From contig JAYGDX010000316.1 in NCBI GenBank assembly GCA_046582655.1, positions 1-20,709 on the forward strand: DNA of 20,709 nucleotides. The letters are read 5' to 3'. The notes beneath the pieces were generated by a model. That model saw nothing but the letters and a program-made list of their open reading frames with translations. It had not been told where the DNA came from and did not search any database. Below are positions 7,805 through 15,805 of this stretch, in pieces. Source of the stretch: Candidatus Poribacteria bacterium (GTDB taxonomy: Bacteria; Poribacteria; WGA-4E; UBA9662). How positions within the stretch are numbered: the first letter of the stretch is position 1; each line of letters begins with the position of its first letter. The position numbers and the translations under genes were made by a program.

Positions 7805-8947
7805 TTACTCCGCAATCTGAGTCCAACCAGTTCCTTGACGAATTGCCTCAATTGCCACTTGATAACGCCAACCATCCCGAAAAGTCAAATAATGCTGATG
7901 AGGTTGCTGGCAAATATCTGCGATAAAATCAATCACTAGCGCCACCCACATGTTCTGAATAATGTCACCAACTTGAGGAAGCGCTTCAATCAGTTTTTCT
8001 GGTATAGGTAAAGAATTGGTCTGAGAATTTACAGTCTTGGAAAGTGAAAGTGATAACATCCCTCGTCCTACCAAGGTTCCTTGATCTCCGTAGAAATACC
8101 AACCGTTAGTTTCGACTGGTTCAGCAATTCCACGTGTGACCCTCATCGTGACGGGAACAAAATCGCCCCCTTTAGATTCAGGTAGACTTAATTCAAACAG
8201 AGCTGAAAAGGAACCTTCCCCATCGCAGGTACGCCATTCCATATTGGCTGCTTCTTGGGGGCTGATTTTGGTGTCTCTGAATTGGCGAAAGTCATGCACA
8301 TTGGGTAAGACAGGTGCTTTTTCCCGTCCCCGTTGGGCTTGGCCAACGACCGAAACCAGCTTTCCACCTGTCGTTCTTTCCAGAATTCCTAGCGAGTGAG
8401 GTAATCCATTGTTGAGCATCCCACCACCGTGGGCTAGCGAGTTCATCCAACTCCAAGACTTCAGTTCTTTAGATGCTGGATGAGAAGAGGTTACATCAAT
8501 CTGTTTTAAATTACCGATCGATTGGTTGCTTAATAGCTGACGCACCCAAGTTACATTAGGGTGGTAGCAATGGGTGGCTGCGTAAGCATGTTTGATGCCT
8601 GCTTGGTCAACCAAGTGGTAAAAGCGCTCGGCTTCTGTTGCCGTGTTGGCCAACGGTTTATCACATAAAAGGTGGGCACCTAGTTGGACGGCAAGCTCAA
8701 TCACGGGGGTTCTTAAAATAGCGGGTGTAGCCAAGGCAACAATATCAGGCTTAATCTCCATAAGAGTCTGTCGCCAATCGGTCGAAGCTATTGCTATACC
8801 TAAGTTAGATGCAATTTTATCAACAATTTCTTGTCTTCGAGCGCAGATGGCGACTACCTCCACACCGCAGTGTTGTAGGGCCTTAGTATGTCCCTCACCA
8901 GCCCAACCAGCTCCTACAACAACAGCTTTCAAGTCTTGAGGGTCCAT
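7805..8947 (-). CDS. Gfo/Idh/MocA family oxidoreductase
   Basis: 380 aa. AVVVGAGWAG..H, DIVALATP, GAHLLCDKPLA, GGGML, FYGDQGTL, TFRDG. Confidence 0.9.
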   Translation of the reverse strand: MDPQDLKAVVVGAGWAGEGHTKALQHCGVEVVAICARRQEIVDKIASNLGIAIASTDWRQTLMEIKPDIVALATPAILRTPVIELAVQLGAHLLCDKPLANTATEAERFYHLVDQAGIKHAYAATHCYHPNVTWVRQLLSNQSIGNLKQIDVTSSHPASKELKSWSWMNSLAHGGGMLNNGLPHSLGILERTTGGKLVSVVGQAQRGREKAPVLPNVHDFRQFRDTKISPQEAANMEWRTCDGEGSFSALFELSLPESKGGDFVPVTMRVTRGIAEPVETNGWYFYGDQGTLVGRGMLSLSLSKTVNSQTNSLPIPEKLIEALPQVGDIIQNMWVALVIDFIADICQQPHQHYLTFRDGWRYQVAIEAIRQGTGWTQIAE

Positions 8948-9017
8948 ATTATTGATCTCTATTTTAATTAAAGTAATTCCTTAGAATCGATTCGCTAAAT
9001 CCACAATCCGAACAATC

Positions 9018-9242
9018 ATGGTAAAATTCGGCGATATCAAAGAGTCATATTATAGTAGTGATGGGAAATAGTATCAATTACCTAATCTGACGTTAGAAAA
9101 AATCTATTTACCAGCCAACATGGTAAGGAAAAGATTTTCATCATAAAAAATAGAAGTGAAATTGATTGAAGCAGATGTGTCCAAAGTTTATACTACTGAG
9201 ATATGTCCCAACTTTGATCCGAAAGCAGAGATCGACGGTTGA
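9018..9242 (+). pseudogene. Possible small gene relic with two in-frame stops
   Basis: 75-codon frame MVKFGDIKESYYSSDGK*YQLPNLTLEKIYLPANMVRKRFSS*KIEVKLIEAD...IDG*, with stops at 9069 (TAG) and 9144 (TAA), each one substitution from Gln. Family not recognised. Confidence 0.25.
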
Positions 9243-9279
9243 TCTGTCAAGGCTAGCGAGAGTGGAAGACAGAGCAAAC

Positions 9280-9738
9280 TTATTTCTGTTTTAGATTTTC
9301 CCAAGTAACGATTATCTTATCAGCAGAATCTGCCGCTGCCAACCACGTTCCGTTGTTTAAACTCTGGATTTCCTTAGAATGTGATAATTGATTTTCTTTC
9401 CTTTCCGAGCGCCACTCTCAAATTTCGGCTCCCTGTGATGTAAGTTCTGACCATTTTGCCCTCGAAGTTAATAGCTGCATGGTACTAACTACCCATTTTA
9501 GGAGTGAACAACATTTTTCAACTGGTCGTCACTGGAATAAATCTGAGGCATTCTACCATTGCCTTTTCCCATTTCCTTGAACCAACAAGCAAAAGTCAAA
9601 ACCGGTGGAGTTTTAATGTCAACTACTTCGATATAGGTTTCGAGCACCATCAAATCGAAGTGCTTTGCCAACTTTATCTTTTACCCACTCCTAGTTTCCA
9701 ATTATTTGTCCGTTGAGTTTGATGGCGTATGCAGATAA
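9280..9738 (-). pseudogene. Degraded LamG-like jellyroll protein with Poribacteria-type C-terminal tail
   Basis: Pieces in order: LNGQIIGN*EWVKDKVGKALRFDG / TYIEVVDIKTPPVLTFACWFK / GS*YHAAINFEGKMVRTYITG / EIQSLNNGTWLAAADSADKIIVTWENLKQK*. Several stops, frameshifts and internal deletions. Confidence 0.8.
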
Positions 9739-9923
9739 AACCTAAGAAAAATAGGTTGGAAGACTAATCAAGAAATTGCAGGATCAAGATTCAGATGTGC
9801 GTTAATTGGGATAAAAAGTGATAAATTGAGAAGATAGTTAGATCTTTAAGTTTTGTGAGAGAAATCTATTGAATAAATAATGCCAATTTTATGATATGAT
9901 CTAAGTCGCAAAGGAGAGCGTCT

Positions 9924-11552
9924 ATGCTAGACACAGATACGCAACAAATTGGTTGGAAGGCAATTAGCAAAACAGGTGTGGTAGCGGCCGGTGGGGCCAA
10001 GGCTGTCGAGGCAGGAATTGAGATTCTGGATGCGGGAGGCAATGCCGCAGACGCGGCAGTAGGAACTATTCTTGCTCTTAATGTTACGGATCATGGAGCT
10101 TGTTCTATTGGTGGAGAGGTGCCAGTCCTTATTTTTGATGCGCAAAAACGGGAAGTAAAAGCACTCTGTGGTCAGGGGCGAGCGCCACTTTCGCAAACAG
10201 CCATTGATTGGTATATGAAAAACGGTATCCCTCAGAATGGTATTAAGATGGCGCCTGTCCCCTCAGTTGTGGACCTGTGCATTACCACTCTCAAGCAATA
10301 TGGGACTAAAACATTTGAGGAAGTTATAGCCCCTACGCTTGCCTTGCTAGATGTGGGAACGGAAGCGTGGCATCCTAAACTGGCAGTCACGCTGAACCGA
10401 ATGGTTGAAGAGGAACAGATCACACCCGGTAATCGTGAGGAAAAACTGCAAGCTGCAACTGACCGTTTTTACGGTCGAAATAAGCTTCATCATGACATTG
10501 CGGATGATTTGGAAGATTTTTACATCCAGAAGGGCGGGTTTCTTCGCAAAGCAGACTTAGCCAACCACACCACTCTCATTGAGGACCCAGTGGTAGTGAA
10601 TTACCGAGGTTACTCAGTCTACAAGTGTGGCCCGTGGACTCAAGGACCTTACCTCTGTCAGGCTCTGCGTCTGCTGGAAGGCTTTGATCTTAAAGCCATG
10701 GGGCATTTTTCGGCAGATTATATCCATGTGGTTGCTGAGGCCATCAAACTAGCGATGGCCGATCGTGATGCGTATTATGGTGATCCAGAGTTTGTTGATG
10801 TGCCGTTATCTGTTTTACTTTCCGATACCTACACCGAACTTCGTCGGGCACTGATCGATATGAAACAGGCTTCGCTCGAAGCCCGCCCAGGTGATCCCTA
10901 TCATATGGAATCTCTCAAGAGAGAGGGTGTCTTTCAACCGGGGGTAGGTGGAACGACAACTTGTATCGTTGCTGACCGTTGGGGTAACGTGGTCTCGGCC
11001 ACTCCTTCTGCGAACGTCTTCCGAGATGAATCCAATGGTGGCCAGTCGGGCGTCACTTATGGTAATCGCCTATGTAGTCTAAATACAACTCCGGGTCATC
11101 CAAACTGTATTCAGGCTGGGAAGCGACCCCGCATTACGCTTACCCCCACACTGGTTCTGAAGAATGGAAGTCCGATTTTAGCCATCAGCGTGGCGGGTGG
11201 TGATCTACAAGATCAGGCAACGATGAATTTGCTTCTTGATTTCATCGAGTTTCAGATGTTGCCTGAAGCCGCCGTGACCGCGCCTCGCTTCGCCACGGCG
11301 CATCACCAAGATTCGTTTGATCCCAATCCGAACCGAACGCAGGTTTTCAAGCAAGCAGGGTCATTGACTATCAGTGGTGATACAGACTTGAGTGTTCAAC
11401 AAGAATTGTCTATACGCGGGCATCAACTTGAGGTAAAGTCATCTCCAATTGCGAGTCCCGTTATGCTATATATCGATCAAGGGAGTGGGACACTCTACGC
11501 CGCTGGTGATCCAGAGGCTGGTCGTCATGTAGCAGGTTTAGGAAAAAAATAA
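9924..11552 (+). CDS. Gamma-glutamyltransferase family Ntn-hydrolase (non-canonical, amidohydrolase/acylase-like)
   Basis: 542 aa. GGNAADAAV, CSIGGE, P.TQG, EAIKLAMADRDAYYGDP, autocleavage site GG|TTTCIVADRWGNVVS.T, GKRP, AGGDLQDQ, GDP. AAGGAG RBS. Confidence 0.9.
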   Translation: MLDTDTQQIGWKAISKTGVVAAGGAKAVEAGIEILDAGGNAADAAVGTILALNVTDHGACSIGGEVPVLIFDAQKREVKALCGQGRAPLSQTAIDWYMKNGIPQNGIKMAPVPSVVDLCITTLKQYGTKTFEEVIAPTLALLDVGTEAWHPKLAVTLNRMVEEEQITPGNREEKLQAATDRFYGRNKLHHDIADDLEDFYIQKGGFLRKADLANHTTLIEDPVVVNYRGYSVYKCGPWTQGPYLCQALRLLEGFDLKAMGHFSADYIHVVAEAIKLAMADRDAYYGDPEFVDVPLSVLLSDTYTELRRALIDMKQASLEARPGDPYHMESLKREGVFQPGVGGTTTCIVADRWGNVVSATPSANVFRDESNGGQSGVTYGNRLCSLNTTPGHPNCIQAGKRPRITLTPTLVLKNGSPILAISVAGGDLQDQATMNLLLDFIEFQMLPEAAVTAPRFATAHHQDSFDPNPNRTQVFKQAGSLTISGDTDLSVQQELSIRGHQLEVKSSPIASPVMLYIDQGSGTLYAAGDPEAGRHVAGLGKK

Positions 11553-11664
11553 TAATGCCAGTTGACTTAAGAAGTAGCAGTCAATGGCCTTAGCGCCGAA
11601 CATGACAACGAAAACCTTCAATTGGAACTGCTTTCTTTCTATGTTGGGATTGAATGAGTTAACT

Positions 11665-12110
11665 CTGAACTGTACTTGTTCAACCTGTGCCACTGGCGAC
11701 TCTGCCATAGGTTAGGCCAGCAACCGTTATAGGATGACTCAGGGGCTTCCTGAAGCCTTGATTTAACCGTTTGTTATCACTAGAGGGCACAGTCCTCGTG
11801 GTAACGTTTTCTACCTTACCTTTTTCCTCTTTAGTAGCATAGGGACAATATAATCTGCATCTGCAGTAGCAATTCATTTACTATCTGGACTATATAAGGT
11901 TGATGCGACATGATTCATAACTACCAAGATCTTTCGAAGAACTTCATATTCTCTTTATAGGTTTCCAGGTCTTCGGTGAATTCGGTTTCTTTGCATCGGG
12001 ATGAAATACTGCCGTTATGACCTTTATGAACCTAGAGGCAGTCGAAAGCAACGGAACTTATCCCAACTACGTCCATTGCTGTCGCAAAGGCCGGATATTG
12101 CTGCATCCAT
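11665..12110 (-). pseudogene. Heavily degraded WD40-repeat gene relic
   Basis: Successive pieces in shifting frames: SGLCDSNGRSWD, CL*VHKGHNGSISS, VFHPDAKK, HVASTLYSPDSK*IATADADYIV, LSHPITVAGLTYGRVASG. They match parts of the bacterial WD40 consensus GH...V..V.FSPDG..LASGS.D.TVRLWD. Confidence 0.5.
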
Positions 12111-12122
12111 CAATATCCGGCC
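12089..12122. repeat. Perfect 12-bp inverted repeat with 10-nt loop (possible minus-strand terminator)
   Basis: GGCCGGATATTG-ctgcatccat-CAATATCCGGCC. Followed by TTT on the minus strand, about 165 nt after the phosphotransferase stop. Confidence 0.6.
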
Positions 12123-12287
12123 CAAACTACTAAACCTTTCCCTAGCACGAACCAATTCCATCGACCGATGTGTATACCTTTGGCCGATTCTGATATTATG
12201 TCATGGGACACTTTACATGCAACCCTACATAATTTTGCACTTATTCATCTTCGGTTAGGGTTGAACCTTATCCGCTGTGCCGAGGAT

Positions 12288-13346
12288 CTACGTATCTGTG
12301 TATCTGTCCAATTCGGGCACTCGAATGCCCGTTAGACCTACTAGCATTTCGTGTCCTTTCTTAATGGCATCCTTATGTCGTTTCATTCCTGAAAACCCCT
12401 CCGCCGCGAACAATCCTTCCGCTGTCTTCGAGTCCACTCCACTTTTTTCGGGACTAGCAGTAAACCAGACAGCAGAATTGAATAATCTCCTAAAGCAGGC
12501 GTGCACCTCGAAGAATTCGATCTGTTCTACTCTAAGACCAGCCAATCTTTCATAGGTCTGAAGGATAGAATTTCGTAGCTCCGTGCCATTATGCATTCTC
12601 AGAAGCAATGAGGTCCAAGCCAAATCGAATCGAAGGTCAGAAACATCCAGCTGTCCCCAATCAATTACGAAAGGTGACCCATCTGCACGCACAAGGACAT
12701 TTGTTAAGTGAAAATCCATGTGCACCAGCGAAGGGCTTAAACAGGATGCTAGATCATGTCTCTGCTCCAACCACTCAAGAACGGGGAGAAAGCCTGATGC
12801 CGGAAATCTATCGCAGAGCAATCGTCTTCCATTCAATTCACGCTCGATGAATTTGAAGGGGTTATCGGTCTCATATTCCGATACATCCTCAACAAACGGA
12901 TGCCAGTCCAACTTGTGTATTCTCAACATAAGATTGCAAAACAAGGTTACCAACTCTTGCTTTTTATCGTGGTCATCCAATCTATTTATGAGAGTTCCCA
13001 ATAGAACTCCATCAATCTTTTCCATGATCACGAATGGTTGGCCAAATGGGGAATTCTCCCGTTCCAGAAGTAGCACTTGGGGAACGGGGAAATCTACACT
13101 GTGCAGCTGGCTCATGCCTCGATACTCGCGCTCTGATCTGTGATATGCTTCCTTGCCAGAATAAATACGCAGAATCAATTCTCTGCGTTCCCTCTTATTT
13201 GCTGCTCCTTGTTCTAACACAAAGGCATAGATATCGCTTTCCCAACCAGTACTGATGCAATCCAAGTTGCTAATCTGTGGCATCATCGTCTCAGTAGAAA
13301 CTTTGGAGTAATATGCTTGTAAATTACCTTGTATGTCACTTTCCAC
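12288..13346 (-). CDS. Aminoglycoside phosphotransferase/choline kinase-like (APH family) phosphotransferase
   Basis: GWESDIY, LILRIY, REY, FPVP.V, PFVIMEKIDG, Brenner motif LVHMDFHLTNVL, IDWG, DLAW. Start set at GTG 13346 (GAGGAA RBS 13353-13358) rather than 13394. Confidence 0.88.
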   Translation of the reverse strand: MESDIQGNLQAYYSKVSTETMMPQISNLDCISTGWESDIYAFVLEQGAANKRERRELILRIYSGKEAYHRSEREYRGMSQLHSVDFPVPQVLLLERENSPFGQPFVIMEKIDGVLLGTLINRLDDHDKKQELVTLFCNLMLRIHKLDWHPFVEDVSEYETDNPFKFIERELNGRRLLCDRFPASGFLPVLEWLEQRHDLASCLSPSLVHMDFHLTNVLVRADGSPFVIDWGQLDVSDLRFDLAWTSLLLRMHNGTELRNSILQTYERLAGLRVEQIEFFEVHACFRRLFNSAVWFTASPEKSGVDSKTAEGLFAAEGFSGMKRHKDAIKKGHEMLVGLTGIRVPELDRYTDT

Positions 13347-13365
13347 GGTGTGTTCCTCAATCTCC

Positions 13366-13394
13366 ATTATACCAAGCACAGCAGAATGCATCAA
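13366..13394 (-). promoter_or_regulatory. Sigma70-type promoter of the phosphotransferase gene
   Basis: TTGATG-17 nt-TATAAT with extended TG, directly upstream of the RBS and GTG start. Confidence 0.65.
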
Positions 13395-13602
13395 TTTCAG
13401 TTTCCATCAATCTTAGGTTATACAAAATAAGAAGTTGGTGGAATACTGGCATAAACTTCATCTATACACTCTGAGGCAGGAGGAAATATCCTGCTAATTC
13501 ATCTACAGCGGGCATGGCCCCTGGCTTCCAATTTGTGGTATGGGTGTTGAGCAAACTCTATACCTTTGCGCAATAGAAAACAAGTACGTCGGACATTATC
13601 AA

Positions 13603-13631
13603 TTGACCTGCAAATCTCAAATTGTTAGACT
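13603..13631 (+). promoter_or_regulatory. Sigma70-type promoter with no intact downstream gene
   Basis: TTGACC-17 nt-TAGACT with extended TG. Confidence 0.45.
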
Positions 13632-14149
13632 TGCTTTGACATCCACGCTATCTTAGGATAAAGAGATGGGTTAACTGACAGTACTTAGGGTAGTAGTGAG
13701 TCACACAGGCACTCAATGACGGCAGACAAGTCAACTGGAAGCCCTCCAATTGACCTCAAGCTACACCTTTCTATATGGGAAGATGTAACGTGATGTTATG
13801 CTGTCTTGGAAGCTGCTCTTTTACATGTAAAAATTATCCGACGCTTTGTGTGTACTACTGTGCCGAATATTGCGAATCTAGTCTTGAGATTAGTGCCGGT
13901 AGACCTCAGGGAAATGAATTTGATGCCACCAAAGGATAAACTAGCATATGTTTCTAAACTCACGCCATGCCGTGCTTACCAAATAATGAAGGCATTGAAA
14001 AAACCCTAATATGCATTTAGGCAAGTAGGGCTTTCAAGACTACTATTACATTAATTTGTTTGCATTCAATTGTAATGTCATGGGCTTAGGTTTACATAAT
14101 CACTTCTTTGCACAAAAGTGTGTACTTGAGAACTCGAAGCGTGGTTCGA

Positions 14150-14434
14150 TAAATCACCTATAATAGATCGAATCTCACTTCGTCGCTGAAACTTTTGCAT
14201 GTCCTCGTTAGCACTTCAGTAACATTTCATACTGGGCTTTATACTTTCAAAAGGGGAAGTGTTGATCCTAATATCGTGGAAGAAAGACTGGCTCATTTTT
14301 AGGGGATAAACGTGAGGTTAGCCATGACAGCATTTATGGCACTACGAAGCCCTTTGTCGCTGACATCGTCTACTGCTATGTAGATTACTTGAGAAAAGTG
14401 GTTTTTGTACCGATCACTTGGTTCGGAAAAGTTC
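14150..14434 (+). pseudogene. Relic of an extended SDR / NAD-dependent epimerase-dehydrogenase gene
   Basis: ITYN...LHVLVSTSVTFHTGLY, then in another frame DSIYGTTKPFVADIVYCYVDYLRKVVFVPITWF, with YxxxK at 14335-14349. Confidence 0.35.
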
Positions 14435-15805
14435 TCAGCTCAACTTAGATAAACAGCCTGTGCTATCGCCTAGTTGGACAAGGTTAATATCCATTCGGCT
14501 GAGAATCGACAGCCAGAGGTTGTTGAGTGGGGTTTCGTCTGGATATCGGATATGACGGCCACTTTTGATTGTGCCACAACCACCGCCAGCCAAAAGAATG
14601 GGCAAATCGTGATGGCTGTGCCTATTGCCGTCTGCGTTCCCGCTACCATAGACAACCATCGCATGGTCCAGCAAAGAACCGCCACCTTCTGGCGTAGCAT
14701 CGAGTTTTTCGAGCAAGTAGGCCAACTGCTGTGTGTGGAAGATATTAATCTGACGAATTTTGGCTTTCATCTCTTCATCATTTCGGTGGTGAGAAAGGTC
14801 ATGATGGCCTTCGGAGACACCAATAAATGGATAAGGCTTGTTGCTACCTTCATTAGCCATTACGAAGGTGACGATCCGCGTGACATCGGCTTGGAAAGCT
14901 AAAACAATCAGGTCAGCCATAATCCGCAGATGCTCTTGGTAGTCGGAGGGTATTCCTTTTGGATATTTAGGGATGATATAGTCTGGGGTATTGATGGGGG
15001 CTAGCATTTCTGTCCGTTCGATTCTTTGCTCAATATCCCGAATAGCAGAAAAATATTCGTCGAGTTTACGTACGTCGTTTCGGCCCAACTGTTTTGTAAG
15101 GTCACTTGAGTCCTGCTGGACAAAATCGAGAATGCTCTTTCGGCTGGCATCACGCTCAGCTTTTTGCGCACTGGGTAGGGTTGAGAAGAGACGTTCGAAT
15201 ACAAGTTTGGGGTTAATCTCTTTGGCCAATGGTTGAGTAGCTGAACGCCAGGACATGGTCGACGAATAGACACAGCTGTAACCAGAGTCACAATTCCCAG
15301 CCATAGAACCCCGATCAATCCCAATTTCTAGCGAAGGCAGACGCGTTTGATTTCCAATGTGTAACGCTGCCGCCTGATCGACCGAAATCCCAACGCGGAT
15401 ATCAGTTCCATCAGTCTTATGGGGTTGTGTGCCCGTCAGAAAGGCGGCCAAAGCTCGTGCGTGATCTCCACCCCCATCGCCATTGGCACGTGCTTTGTCA
15501 GCAGTCAGTCCACTTAGCACCAGTGTCTTATCTTTGACTTTATCTAATGGGTTTAGAATATCCTTCAACTCGTAGTTCGCGCCTTCTGTTTCTGGTGTCC
15601 AATCTTCCATGTTCTTACCGTTGGGCACATAAAGAAAGGCCATCCGGTTAGGTGATACTTGTTGACTACCAACTTGATTCAGGCTATCTGCCCAAGTATT
15701 CATTGGTCCCATTGACTCCAGCCAAGGTAAGGCAATACCGATACCAAGCCCACGTAAGACGGTTCGGCGTGAAAGTTTCTTCCCATTTTTTATAATTCTG
15801 CTCAT
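14435..15805 (-). CDS. DUF1552 (HXXSHH) domain protein with Tat-like N-terminus
   Basis: 456 aa. LSRRTVLRG, ALPWLESM, FLYVPNG, GDH, SVDQ, CDSGYSCVYS..MSW, FERLF, SILD, D.TR, HHDLSHH, SLLD, GNRHSH.DLP. ATGA overlap with the upstream gene and AGGAG RBS. Confidence 0.93.
   Translation of the reverse strand: MSRIIKNGKKLSRRTVLRGLGIGIALPWLESMGPMNTWADSLNQVGSQQVSPNRMAFLYVPNGKNMEDWTPETEGANYELKDILNPLDKVKDKTLVLSGLTADKARANGDGGGDHARALAAFLTGTQPHKTDGTDIRVGISVDQAAALHIGNQTRLPSLEIGIDRGSMAGNCDSGYSCVYSSTMSWRSATQPLAKEINPKLVFERLFSTLPSAQKAERDASRKSILDFVQQDSSDLTKQLGRNDVRKLDEYFSAIRDIEQRIERTEMLAPINTPDYIIPKYPKGIPSDYQEHLRIMADLIVLAFQADVTRIVTFVMANEGSNKPYPFIGVSEGHHDLSHHRNDEEMKAKIRQINIFHTQQLAYLLEKLDATPEGGGSLLDHAMVVYGSGNADGNRHSHHDLPILLAGGGCGTIKSGRHIRYPDETPLNNLWLSILSRMDINLVQLGDSTGCLSKLS

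Noticed and set aside
9504..9716. 70-aa plus-strand ORF
   Set aside because: Antisense shadow of the LamG pseudogene.
12001..12258. 85-aa plus-strand ORF
   Set aside because: No RBS or recognisable motif, and it overlaps the WD40 relic and hairpin on the other strand.
12288..13346. Antibiotic-resistance call for the APH-family gene
   Set aside because: The fold is shared by many metabolic kinases, and there is no specific similarity to known APH resistance enzymes and no mobile context.
13730..13765. Resemblance to the HEARO/omega-RNA 5' motif (GTCAAC...AAGCCC...TTGACC...CTAC)
   Set aside because: Too short, downstream elements are missing, and no IscB/TnpB remnant is nearby.
13717..14009. 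Selenoprotein reading ...WEDVT-UGA-CYAV joined to ORF 13806..14009
   Set aside because: No recognisable family, RBS or convincing SECIS hairpin after the TGA at 13791.
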